NCBI GenBank assembly: GCA_965660855.1
Contig: CBFIBM010000007.1
Coordinates: forward strand, 28,569 to 92,568
Direction: 5' to 3'
Origin: an uncultured bacterium
Lineage (GTDB): Bacteria > Fidelibacterota > Marinisomatia > Marinisomatales > UBA1611
Length of the DNA: 64,000 bases
Part shown: positions 31,291 through 41,697 of the stretch, one piece after another
How the letters are laid out: each line of letters opens with the position of its first letter
How positions within the stretch are numbered: the first letter of the stretch is position 1
Made by a program: the position numbers and the translations under genes
The notes under the pieces: generated by a model
Databases searched by the model: none
Seen by the model: only the letters and a program-made list of their open reading frames with translations
What the model was told of the DNA's origin: nothing

Positions 31291-34200
31291 GTCGGATATT
31301 TTTAATACATCATAGATGTCTATTTTCAGGTTATAATCTAAATCTGCAACTAAGAACTCTTCTGGGGTTAAATTATTAAATCCTAAAATTGAATTTGAGC
31401 ATAATAAAATATCTAATAAAGATACTACACCATCACCATTTATATCACCTCTATTATTCAAAATGATATTTGGATCTATTGCTATTACTGTAATTGAAGA
31501 CTCGTTCATTTCATCGTTTAATCCTGAAATTAAAAGATTAACCTCGTAGACTCCCGGTTCATTGCAATAAAAGTAAGGATCATCAGAATTTAAAATTATT
31601 TCATTATTAAAGGTCCAAGATTTATCTCCAACAGGGCCAGTAGATTCATCAAAGAAATAGAAAAAATCAGGTATCATAATTATTTGGTTAACAACTTTTG
31701 GTATTGATACGAGATTAGAAAATGAACCAAATGTAGTATTTTGAAGTTCTATCTTATCTTCAATTTCTGAAAACTGATCTGTATATATCTGGATATAATT
31801 ATAATTATTAGGGTGAATAAAGTCTAATGGAAAAGATGGAAAAGGCATTAAGGAATCCCATTCAATTAAACCGACATCATCAAACCATGAAAAACTAATT
31901 CCGGTATCAGGTACTGAACTATTTAATCTAATATCAAAGAACTCAGCATTATCGGGGATAGAAATATTTTCCCAATATTTACGCCAAGGTGAATCACCAT
32001 TAATAGAATCTTCTAAGGAAATCGTTTCAATATTGTCACCAGTCCTGTTTATAGAACTTCGAAATTCAAGGGTAACATTTTTACCGTTATTCGTTTTGAG
32101 ATATCCATGTAAAGTATATTCTAATTCGTTTTTTATAGGTATTTTTTCTTCAAAATTAGTGACAATATTTCCAGGAGAATCAGCATATCTTATATGCTGA
32201 GCAGCTGCATCACCTCTCCTAAAAACAGAATCTTGTATTCCTTCATTTGGACTATTAAAATTCCAAAGAGTACTACCTTCATTTTCAAAGTTATTCATCC
32301 AAACTTTTTCTTTTCCTAATCTGTAATAAATAATATTTAAGTCACTATTTAAAACTCGAGATAAACTTCCTGCATTAGATAATTTTATTGGTATGGACTC
32401 ATAAAGTTCGATGCCATTTATCGATAAAGTATCTTTACTAGTTATCAATTTATTGTAATAAAAATTATTGGATTCCATTACGGTTGTATCCATAATTACA
32501 TGAGCAATATTCGAATCTATATTCACATGTACATAAGTATCTAGTTTTCGTGATTTGTTTGCAACATCATTCAATATATAGTTTCCTAACTCTCCAGTAG
32601 CAGGTTTCGTTAAATAATCATCAATATATAATGGAGAAATAGAATATTCGTAAATGCCTGTATCATTTGATTTACTGTTTAGAATCATAGAGGGGTAAGT
32701 CTCTGGATAATTTAAATCAAATATGAAATTACCAAGAGAATGTGCAATTAACTTTTCATTGTAAACTTCGACACCCTGTATAATATGAGGGTGATGTACA
32801 ATAACAAGATCAGCTCCTTCATCAATTGCAAAGTGACGGATAGCCCTATCCCACATTTGAGGTTGATCTAACCTTGTGGAATAATCCTCTTCTTCATCCA
32901 GATATGTTGTACTAAAACCTAAATTACTTGCAGGGTTGGATTTAATTCGAGCAAAATCATCCCTACTAGATGTATAATAATCATAATCACTACCAGGTTC
33001 AAAGGAGTACTCGCTTCCACTATGAAATTCTATGACTATTAAATCAGATATGTCTTTAACAGATTCAATCTGTTTTCTTATATAATAAGGTGTCATATAT
33101 GCAAAACCAGATTTATTTTCGCCAGCATTTAAATAAGGTTGATAATTATTATATTGTCCGGTTCGATCACTTGAAGCAAGAAAAGAGATTGTTCTTCCAT
33201 TAACTGATTTAAATGCTGGAAGGTATGCTTCTTGACTATTTAGTCCAGCTCCAGAAAAAATTATACCCGATTCTCTTAAAACATCTTGCGTTTGAATTAA
33301 ACCAGATTCCATATAGTCTAAGATGTGGTTATTAGCAATGCTTACAACATCAATTCCTGCATTAACCATGGCATTTACGCTATTAGGGTTTGCTTTAAAT
33401 ACAACACCTTTTGTTGGGTGAGGAGTATCATGGTTTGTTAAAGGAATTTCTAAGTTTGCTACGGTTATGTCAGCTGCAGAACCAAGAATTTCATATGTAG
33501 GCTCAAATAAAGCATCTGCACCTTGATTTGTAACGATTCCATCTATATCTTCAAATCGTCTTCCTAACATGATATCTCCAATGAAGTTCATGGTAATAGC
33601 AGATGTATTACCATTTATGGAATCTAAAACTATATCTTTGGAGTCCCAACCTATAAGGCCAGTTTCGTCTTCTACAACAAGAATAACTTTATATTGTATA
33701 TTTTCTTGAGAATTAAATTGATGAATAGGGTTCTTTAAATTAGAATAATTTCCATCTCCAAAATCCCAATTATATGTAAAAAATTGAGAGTCCATATCTT
33801 CAATTATAGAAGAAAATGAAAAAGAATTTCGTGTATGTGAAGTTATTATATTAATATTATTTGTCTCAATTCTAACATTGGGAGGTATAGGCAAGTCTGA
33901 TGTTATATTTCTAATAATGCTAAATCGAATACTCCCTGGATTTGATAGTGAATCATCGTGTTCATTGACGAAAGTAATTTTTGTAATCACACTTAAACTA
34001 TCATAAATAGACAACCAATCATCTCCTAAAGGCAGTCTATAAGAATTCCAATTGCTATTTTGGAATGCTCCTTGATAAACAGGTATCCAGTCTTCAATAT
34101 TTAATAATTCAGTTCCAGAAAATGCATATCTGAGAATTTTATTTTCTGAATTTTCAAATAATACTCCTTGTATTTCAGATATACTATCAATTTTCACAAA

Positions 34201-36030
34201 TATTTGTAGTATTGTCGACGAATCTATTTGAGTTGGGTTTATTTGAATAGACTTCCAAGTATTCCCAAATAAGGAAAGAGTTGAATTGTTTTCAGGTATT
34301 AATTCAGTTGTATCTACAATATAACCAAATTGATCTTGGTCCTCATCAATAACTGATTCAATAACTATATTCCCATCAAATGAGAATAGTGTTGTTGGAG
34401 GCGAATGGCCAGGTAAAATATTTGTAGAGATTTCAGACCAATCACTCGTATTATTAAAATGGTCAATAGCACGAATTTGGAAAAACCAAGGAATTGCATT
34501 GTTAAATCCATAAAGGATCAGTTCATTTTTTCTCATATATTGTAAATCTGGGTAACTATCTCTATCTATGAGAGTTGGATTATACATTAGAGAATCTGAA
34601 CTAATTTTAATTTGATATGATTTAAAATTTGTATCGGTTGATGGGATCCAACTCAATTTAATCTGGTCAGGATTATCCTGATTTTGGGAAAATAAATTTT
34701 CAGGATTTGAAGGAGGCATTTGATCATCATGATTTTCCCAATCAATTAAATATTCATTTAATGAATTAATAAATGGCTGATAATATTGTAATATTTTAGA
34801 AAAATTATTTATTCCTGTAGGGTAAAGATTAGAAGTGTAGGTATCATCATTTATTATTTCTAGATTATCGAGAAGATCAGGTTTTTCATCAAATTCTATA
34901 TGTACCCAAGTTTCGTATATAGAGTAATTATTGACTTTTGATTGGAGATTAATCATTTGAACACCATTTGAAGGACCTCTTAACTCTGATGCTAAAGTAA
35001 TTTCAAATTTTTCATTTCCATTATCATAAAAACAATAATCATCATAATATGCTTCATAATAATCAGTAACATGTAAAGGATTATGATTTCCGAATTCATT
35101 TTCAAGAATGGGATATTCAGGTGTGAAATTTATAATATCAAAATTATCATTTGATATATCTCTTATTGGTTTTGTAGTGAAGGGTTTTTGTTCGCCTGCA
35201 GCTAAGATAATTGATTTTCTATCAAGATGCGACTCATTGTCAAAACTATGAATAGCTAACACTAAAGGTGAATGGGGTTCCTGATTGAATAAAGGACTAG
35301 TAATTTTTTCTTGAAATTTTTGAAAAACAGAAAAAGGGTATCGTGATGGATCCGAATGAGATTTATTATTTGAAAACTCCCCCTCTTCAGACCATTGAAC
35401 TTCTCTCCCGGCACTACTAATCATAAAAGCATAGGACTTTGTTTGAATGAAAATATTTAAAGCTAAATACGGAGCTATAAAATCATCACATGGATGCGGA
35501 ACTTGAATAACAACTTGATTCTTATCGGCATCTGGATTAATTATATACATTCCCCAACTATTATTGAAGCTGCCATAAATATCATCTAATTCATTTTCAG
35601 GCTGGTTATTATCTACATAAGAAGAGTCTAATTTTTCTCGAATTATGTGATATGTATCATTTGTTATTGTGTCATTAAAAACGACAAGTTCATAAAAAAA
35701 AGTTTCTATGGAATCTATCAATAATGAATCAACTTGAGGTAGGTTCCCGCTTATAAAACTTTCAAAAATATTTTCCCAATAAACTAGAGTTGCAGAATTT
35801 TGATTTAATTTTCTATGATTCCCAAATCCATTTTTTTGAACGTCTAAAAAATCTGGACCGTAATCATTATAGTTAGGTTCTGCAATACCTTCAGTAACAT
35901 GACTTAACCAGTTATCGTATGATGAATTAGGAGCAGATCCACCAAAGAATTGAAGGAGGTTACCATCTTCAAATATTACTTCTGAAAAAGATATTGAAAC
36001 AAAAATTGGAATATAAAATAAAATTTTCAT
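31279..36030 (-). CDS. Large secreted multidomain CapA (PGA_cap)-family metallophosphoesterase with FN3, PKD and dockerin-like domains
   Basis: GDIMLGR, ANLE, ANNHILDY, HSGSEY, HHPH, HSLGNFIF; FN3 (LSW....D.NF.SY...IRAID...N.S); PKD (YNWDFGDG); terminal GDINGDG...ADLD.N.KIDIYD duplicated Ca-loop. Confidence 0.82.
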   Translation of the reverse strand: MKILFYIPIFVSISFSEVIFEDGNLLQFFGGSAPNSSYDNWLSHVTEGIAEPNYNDYGPDFLDVQKNGFGNHRKLNQNSATLVYWENIFESFISGNLPQVDSLLIDSIETFFYELVVFNDTITNDTYHIIREKLDSSYVDNNQPENELDDIYGSFNNSWGMYIINPDADKNQVVIQVPHPCDDFIAPYLALNIFIQTKSYAFMISSAGREVQWSEEGEFSNNKSHSDPSRYPFSVFQKFQEKITSPLFNQEPHSPLVLAIHSFDNESHLDRKSIILAAGEQKPFTTKPIRDISNDNFDIINFTPEYPILENEFGNHNPLHVTDYYEAYYDDYCFYDNGNEKFEITLASELRGPSNGVQMINLQSKVNNYSIYETWVHIEFDEKPDLLDNLEIINDDTYTSNLYPTGINNFSKILQYYQPFINSLNEYLIDWENHDDQMPPSNPENLFSQNQDNPDQIKLSWIPSTDTNFKSYQIKISSDSLMYNPTLIDRDSYPDLQYMRKNELILYGFNNAIPWFFQIRAIDHFNNTSDWSEISTNILPGHSPPTTLFSFDGNIVIESVIDEDQDQFGYIVDTTELIPENNSTLSLFGNTWKSIQINPTQIDSSTILQIFVKIDSISEIQGVLFENSENKILRYAFSGTELLNIEDWIPVYQGAFQNSNWNSYRLPLGDDWLSIYDSLSVITKITFVNEHDDSLSNPGSIRFSIIRNITSDLPIPPNVRIETNNINIITSHTRNSFSFSSIIEDMDSQFFTYNWDFGDGNYSNLKNPIHQFNSQENIQYKVILVVEDETGLIGWDSKDIVLDSINGNTSAITMNFIGDIMLGRRFEDIDGIVTNQGADALFEPTYEILGSAADITVANLEIPLTNHDTPHPTKGVVFKANPNSVNAMVNAGIDVVSIANNHILDYMESGLIQTQDVLRESGIIFSGAGLNSQEAYLPAFKSVNGRTISFLASSDRTGQYNNYQPYLNAGENKSGFAYMTPYYIRKQIESVKDISDLIVIEFHSGSEYSFEPGSDYDYYTSSRDDFARIKSNPASNLGFSTTYLDEEEDYSTRLDQPQMWDRAIRHFAIDEGADLVIVHHPHIIQGVEVYNEKLIAHSLGNFIFDLNYPETYPSMILNSKSNDTGIYEYSISPLYIDDYLTKPATGELGNYILNDVANKSRKLDTYVHVNIDSNIAHVIMDTTVMESNNFYYNKLITSKDTLSINGIELYESIPIKLSNAGSLSRVLNSDLNIIYYRLGKEKVWMNNFENEGSTLWNFNSPNEGIQDSVFRRGDAAAQHIRYADSPGNIVTNFEEKIPIKNELEYTLHGYLKTNNGKNVTLEFRSSINRTGDNIETISLEDSINGDSPWRKYWENISIPDNAEFFDIRLNSSVPDTGISFSWFDDVGLIEWDSLMPFPSFPLDFIHPNNYNYIQIYTDQFSEIEDKIELQNTTFGSFSNLVSIPKVVNQIIMIPDFFYFFDESTGPVGDKSWTFNNEIILNSDDPYFYCNEPGVYEVNLLISGLNDEMNESSITVIAIDPNIILNNRGDINGDGVVSLLDILLCSNSILGFNNLTPEEFLVADLDYNLKIDIYDVLKISDSVY

Positions 36031-36088
36031 AATTGAATACCGGGAAAATATAAATTATGAAAGGTGGAAAAACTATATAACTAAACTT

Positions 36089-39000
36089 CTATTTTAGATA
36101 AAGTACTTTTTGGTAAAGATTGTTTTTTGAATTCTGTAATGTCAAAAAATAAATACCTGTTGAGACATTAAACCCTTTTTCGTTGGTCCCATTCCAATTC
36201 AAATTTTGTAAACCAGGAGTTATGTTATTTAATGGAATTACTTTTACAACTTCTCCTCTTATATTCGAAATCATTAATTTTTCATTAAATAATCCAGACA
36301 TCATAATTGGAATATTAACATAACCATTAAAAGGGTTTGGGTATGGGGAAAGTATTTTATAATTATTAGGAAAAGAATTTGATTCTTCCATGTTAGTAAG
36401 ATATGAAGAGTTTTGAATGCCTGGAGATCCATAGAGGTTGAGTGAACCTGCCCAGGAGTTTGCTAAAGCATTATCGAGGTCTAAATTTACCAACTCTAAA
36501 GTATGACCATTTCCATCTGGAGAATTAGGCCAAGGTTCATTATCATCATACTCCACAGAATCTATTAAAGAACCAAACCTATCATAAACACGTATTTGAT
36601 CTCCACCGCCACTAAGTCCAAAATCCATGGGACCTAATAAATTATTGACAGATGAATGAAATGAAGAAAATAGATTTTGATCTTGAGAAATAATTAAATA
36701 TTCATTTTCACCAAGAACAGTTCCCTCTGGGAAAATAAAACTATGACTATCATCATCATCTTTTAAAACCCAGTTTGATAGATCTAATGTGGATTGACCT
36801 TTGTTAATTAGTTCAACCCAATCTCCTGTATCATGATCTGAATTTGAGTTATAATTAATCTCATTTATGACAATCTCTCCTGGGCTTAAGTTACTTTCTG
36901 TAAAAATAGCAGTAAGATTTCCAGGAATTGATGATAACTGCATTATTGATCCTGAATCTGGATATTCTTGCCAATGACTGAATTCATACCCAGAGTTTGG
37001 GATAGCTGAAACTTCAGAAATGATATTTGGGAAATAAAGACCTGTCCACTGGTTGTCAGTGATTTTTAAAGAATTTAAATGTAAAGATCCAGAATTTTGC
37101 GGTTGAATATTAATTGTTACCTCAACCATACTATCTAAACCAAACTGATTTTGAATGTGACTTCTGGCAAAATTAGACCTATTTTGACTAAAATTATAAA
37201 TATTATTCAATCTACTTTCCCAGTTTACTGCGGAGTTAGGCCACCACCCATTATTAAACCATTTATTTCGATGCCTAGGTATAATATCTTCAATATTACT
37301 CCTTATTGAATCTAAGTGATTCGTCAAGTTGTCAGGTTTAAAAGTAGTATTCAGTAGATCACAGTAAATTGATATAAAACGACTTTTAAAATGATCGTTT
37401 GCAATTATCTTTCTAAAAATTAGAGTGCTCCATGGTGGATTAGGCCATCCTGGTCCATTTTCTTCAAGTGCAAAGTCTAGTGTGTTAAATGCGTATGCAT
37501 TTGACTGCCAAATTCCAAATCCAAAATCAGTATCATATAAAATCCATCTCCATTTACCTCCAGGTCGCCGATCTCTCCAAAATTTTATATTATTTCCAGG
37601 CCAATCTCTATTATCAATGAATATTTGAAAAGCATGATAGCTTAAAAAAGAATCAATGTCTATCCAATTTTCTAATGCATTTTGTACAATCCCATCATTC
37701 ATATTATTTGATTCAATATATTCAATTAGGTTTTGATAATCAGTCCTCGTACCATTGACAATTTCTAAATATCCATTGTTAGCTTCTCCACCATTTCCAG
37801 CCAATAAATCTATATGATCAGGATTAATATTATGATTAGAAGCTATAAAATGTTCGTTAACTTTTTCACGTATATTTTGAATTCCCCAAAATTGGCCATT
37901 AATATATAATATAGAAGGTCTGTATTCTTGATGATCAATATCTAAATTATCTGTTAAACTTGTAATAAAGCCATCTCTAAGCATAGTTGATTCCCAATCA
38001 TTACCTGAATTTCTTAATACAAAGGCTTCGTAATTTTCAATGTTTGAATCAGGAAACAGGGCATAATCAAAAGAGCTAGTTCCTATAGAGCTCCTTGAAA
38101 AAAAAGAAAGAGATTTTTGGGGGAAACCCCGACTCCAGCCACCGAAAATTTTCACTCCAGCATCTGCAGAATAACCTTCATTATTTGGATCAAGAATTTC
38201 AAAATGAATTGGCCTTTCCCAATCTTCCCAAAAATTAGCACCGAAATGTGGAAAATCGTTACTAGCATTTGGTCCCATTGCATACATACCAGTGTCTTCA
38301 TGAAAAAAACTATTACTATCTGTTGTAAGGAAAAAAACTGGTATACCCTCTGGATATTCCTCACCAATTATGTATGTTTTAGATTCAGTTTTTGATGGAG
38401 CCCAACCTTCAAGGAACGATTTTGCTCTAATAACTGAATTTTCACTTACGTATATTGGAGAAGAGTACATAGGGTCCAACCGATCAGGTACAGAACCATC
38501 TAATGTATAGTGTGTGGTCGCAATTGGATGTTCTTGAGCTATAAAAAGTGCTTGCTCATCATCGTAAAATCCAGATTGTATTGAAAAAGAGGGTTTTTGC
38601 AGTGATCCTAAAAAGGAGGATGTGGTATTTGCCTCGCCAGGTGTTGTCTCAGAAAATAAAGCCCAATTAATTTCATTTGGAATTCTACCAAAAGACATAT
38701 CTGTATCAAGTTGTCCTGTAAAAATTGAATCAATTATCTCATTAGAACTATTTGAAAAGATTATATTTTCGCCAGAAGAACTAATTTTGAAATTTGTGTG
38801 TAAAAATGAGTCTGGTAAAATCATTCTCTCATCGGGATTTCTAATATCTGAAACGTCTGTATTGTATCCAAATGTTAAAAAAGGAATGCATGATAGATCA
38901 GAGGATGAGCTCGAGTAATTATGTACTTCGATTGCTATAGTATTTTGTCCTGGGTAAATAGGAAATAAATCGGGGTCAATTACAAAAGCGTTTGGAAATC

Positions 39001-39658
39001 CTCCAGAGTATATTTCTGCTTCATGAAGTGCTGTTGCAGTCGTGTTGTAGCTTGTATTTGTACCTGGTAAACCAAGGTTTTCTCTTGAAAACTCAACACC
39101 ATTAATATAAGCAATGTAACCATCATCAAAATCAAGATGAAATAGTACTTTAGAAATATTAGACAGTTCATCTATGAAAAAGTTAGTACGAACATAAATT
39201 GAAATTGTCTGATTGACTGTGGTGTTATCATCATTGTCTCCATATCCAAAACCACTTTGACCGATGGGCCAATTTGATACATCTGTATATGGTTGTTCCC
39301 AATTATTTATAGGTTCGCTATTGCCAATCCAATAGGACCAGGTGTCGCCAATATCTAAAATCGCATCCCAACTTTGGATAATATTTACTCTATCTTTATC
39401 TGAAGCTAAAATGATTGAGTATTCATTGGGAAGGATAGTAAAAGAGGGGAATATCCATTTGTATGGATCTTCGTAATCATCGGAAAGACCAAAGTCTAAC
39501 AAGTTTATTGAATTATTTGAGGCATTATGTATTTCTATCCAGTCTGGTGAATCACCATCCTCGTCAAAAAATGAAGAAGAGTTGCTGCTGACTATTTCAT
39601 TTAGGTATAAATTTTGACTAAATAAAATAATCGGTAAAGTAAATAAAAATTTTATCAT
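36089..39658 (-). CDS. Secreted CotH-family kinase with lamin-tail domains and C-terminal sorting domain
   Basis: LNEI..SN...D.DG...DWIEI.N and INEINY...DWVEL.N (LTD); HYTLDGS.P; LRNSGND, INGQFWG....REK, N.DWPGNN, WRWILYDTD (CotH); PNPFN...WNG...G..VSTGIYF...KVLYLK. Confidence 0.87.
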   Translation of the reverse strand: MIKFLFTLPIILFSQNLYLNEIVSSNSSSFFDEDGDSPDWIEIHNASNNSINLLDFGLSDDYEDPYKWIFPSFTILPNEYSIILASDKDRVNIIQSWDAILDIGDTWSYWIGNSEPINNWEQPYTDVSNWPIGQSGFGYGDNDDNTTVNQTISIYVRTNFFIDELSNISKVLFHLDFDDGYIAYINGVEFSRENLGLPGTNTSYNTTATALHEAEIYSGGFPNAFVIDPDLFPIYPGQNTIAIEVHNYSSSSSDLSCIPFLTFGYNTDVSDIRNPDERMILPDSFLHTNFKISSSGENIIFSNSSNEIIDSIFTGQLDTDMSFGRIPNEINWALFSETTPGEANTTSSFLGSLQKPSFSIQSGFYDDEQALFIAQEHPIATTHYTLDGSVPDRLDPMYSSPIYVSENSVIRAKSFLEGWAPSKTESKTYIIGEEYPEGIPVFFLTTDSNSFFHEDTGMYAMGPNASNDFPHFGANFWEDWERPIHFEILDPNNEGYSADAGVKIFGGWSRGFPQKSLSFFSRSSIGTSSFDYALFPDSNIENYEAFVLRNSGNDWESTMLRDGFITSLTDNLDIDHQEYRPSILYINGQFWGIQNIREKVNEHFIASNHNINPDHIDLLAGNGGEANNGYLEIVNGTRTDYQNLIEYIESNNMNDGIVQNALENWIDIDSFLSYHAFQIFIDNRDWPGNNIKFWRDRRPGGKWRWILYDTDFGFGIWQSNAYAFNTLDFALEENGPGWPNPPWSTLIFRKIIANDHFKSRFISIYCDLLNTTFKPDNLTNHLDSIRSNIEDIIPRHRNKWFNNGWWPNSAVNWESRLNNIYNFSQNRSNFARSHIQNQFGLDSMVEVTINIQPQNSGSLHLNSLKITDNQWTGLYFPNIISEVSAIPNSGYEFSHWQEYPDSGSIMQLSSIPGNLTAIFTESNLSPGEIVINEINYNSNSDHDTGDWVELINKGQSTLDLSNWVLKDDDDSHSFIFPEGTVLGENEYLIISQDQNLFSSFHSSVNNLLGPMDFGLSGGGDQIRVYDRFGSLIDSVEYDDNEPWPNSPDGNGHTLELVNLDLDNALANSWAGSLNLYGSPGIQNSSYLTNMEESNSFPNNYKILSPYPNPFNGYVNIPIMMSGLFNEKLMISNIRGEVVKVIPLNNITPGLQNLNWNGTNEKGFNVSTGIYFLTLQNSKNNLYQKVLYLK

Positions 39659-39669
39659 TAAATCAAAAA

Positions 39670-41697
39670 TTAATAACCTAATCCAAATCCAAATCTAAAT
39701 AAAGGATCATAATCACTATCTTTTACATCTATAGGCAATTGAGTTATATTTTTCGGCCAAGAGAAACTTAATTTTCCAGTTGGATTATAATCACCATAAA
39801 GAACATCTATGATCCCCTCACCAGCCATTCCAGGTAACCAAGCCGCAAGGAAAGAGTCCCAATTGTTAATATGCTCCTTGATAATTAAAGGTCTACCAGA
39901 AAGCATAATTACAATGAGTTTTTTGTTTGAAGCATAACATTTATTCAAAACAGCTTGGTCAAATGGTGAGATAGAGAGTTCTCCATCGTCCCCATAGCCC
40001 TCAGCATATGGGTATTCGCCAATAACAGCAATAATTACACCATCTCCATCGAGCTTATTTGCCCTTGGGTTATATGTGAGTAATGATTCATCTGTTACTA
40101 AATTCTTAATAGCAGAATATATGCTTGTCCCATCAGGCTGAAAAGGAGAGGATGCTTCATAGAATTGGAATTCAGTTTTACTTATTTTCCCATTTTTATC
40201 TGTATCTAATTTAGAAAAAAAGCCAATTGTTGATCCGTCATCATATTTTAAATTATAGACTTCTTTATAAAATTTTACCATTTCTGATTGTTGAATAGAA
40301 TTATCATTATTTTCATCTAGAATTTTAAAATCTGGAGTAAATCTTCCTTGCCATTCAACTGTCCATCCACCATTTTGCATGCCAAGATTATTCGCACCCG
40401 AACCAACCAAATAAACTTTTTGATCTTTATTAAGTGGTAGCAAATTTGAATTATTTTTTAGTAGAACTAAACTTTTTTTCACTGCAGTTCTGGCAATTTC
40501 TCGATGTTTTGGATCACCAACATACTTAGAATATTCAGGGTTACCATATGGATCATTAAATAGGTCAAGCTCGTATTTAACACGTAGAATTCGTGTTACG
40601 GCATCATCAATTCTTGACATAGTAATTTGGCCTTCAATAACAGATTCTTTTAATAATTTAATAAATGTTTTATAGTGGTTCTGCCCATAGAGAGAACCTG
40701 GAACCATTACTAAATCTATTCCCGCATTTATTGAAGCAATTATATCGGACTTATAATCACCTGGAATTTCATCAATTCCAGCCCAATCACTCACAACAAG
40801 CCCTTCAAAACCAAGTTCTTCCTTTAATAAATCATTAACTAAAAATTTGTTTCCATGACATTTTATTCCATTCCAACTATTAAAGCTAATCATTATTGTT
40901 TTAACTCCAGCCTTAATTGCTTCTAAATACGGAGGAAGATGTACTTCTCTAAGTTCTTTCTCAGTAATCTTGGTATCTCCCCGATCGAGTCTATATTTAT
41001 GCATTCCTTCTTGTAAGGTACCAGAATCCCAAGTCGTGCCTCCATCTCCAATAAAATGTTTTGCGCATGCAGCAATTTTTTTACCACCCAAAGTTGGAAG
41101 AGCTTCTTCATATCCTTTGATTGCAGACGCGGTTAAATTGGTAACCAATTCACTTGATTCACTGAATCCTTCATATTGCCTGCCCCACCTATCATCTTTT
41201 GGTATTGTGATACAAGGCGCGAATGTCCAATGAAGACCTGTCGCTGCTACCTCGACTGCTGTAGCATAATTAATTTGTTTGATTAAATCAGGATCATTTG
41301 TACAGCCTAAGCCAATATTTTGGGGAAATGTAGTTGCGCCAACTACATTGTTATGCCCATGAACGGCATCAATACCATATATCAAAGGAATTTTAAGTCT
41401 TGTCGATAGAGCTTGATCTTGATAATCATTAACCATCTTAACCCAACCTTTAGGAGTATTATCTTTCGGTACAGCTCCACCTCCACTTAAAATAGACCCA
41501 AGGAAGTAAGTTGCTATATCTTCATCGCTATCTAACATCCTTTTATCTACTTGAGTCATTTGACCGACTTTTTCTTCTAAAGTCATTTTATCTAAAATAT
41601 TTTTAATGAATGATTCTTTTGTTACATTTTCGTTTACACAATTTATATTGATCAGACAAAATGCTACAAAGATGAAAATATTCTTATAATTAGTCAT
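39670..41697 (-). CDS. GH3 beta-glucosidase/exo-beta-1,3-glucanase (barley ExoI-like) with EF-hand insertion
   Basis: MTLEEKVGQMTQ, GIDAVHGH, WGR.YE, KHFIGDG, VVSDW (nucleophile), GE.PYAEG.GD, AWLPG, P.GKL.FSWP. Confidence 0.93.
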   Translation of the reverse strand: MTNYKNIFIFVAFCLININCVNENVTKESFIKNILDKMTLEEKVGQMTQVDKRMLDSDEDIATYFLGSILSGGGAVPKDNTPKGWVKMVNDYQDQALSTRLKIPLIYGIDAVHGHNNVVGATTFPQNIGLGCTNDPDLIKQINYATAVEVAATGLHWTFAPCITIPKDDRWGRQYEGFSESSELVTNLTASAIKGYEEALPTLGGKKIAACAKHFIGDGGTTWDSGTLQEGMHKYRLDRGDTKITEKELREVHLPPYLEAIKAGVKTIMISFNSWNGIKCHGNKFLVNDLLKEELGFEGLVVSDWAGIDEIPGDYKSDIIASINAGIDLVMVPGSLYGQNHYKTFIKLLKESVIEGQITMSRIDDAVTRILRVKYELDLFNDPYGNPEYSKYVGDPKHREIARTAVKKSLVLLKNNSNLLPLNKDQKVYLVGSGANNLGMQNGGWTVEWQGRFTPDFKILDENNDNSIQQSEMVKFYKEVYNLKYDDGSTIGFFSKLDTDKNGKISKTEFQFYEASSPFQPDGTSIYSAIKNLVTDESLLTYNPRANKLDGDGVIIAVIGEYPYAEGYGDDGELSISPFDQAVLNKCYASNKKLIVIMLSGRPLIIKEHINNWDSFLAAWLPGMAGEGIIDVLYGDYNPTGKLSFSWPKNITQLPIDVKDSDYDPLFRFGFGLGY

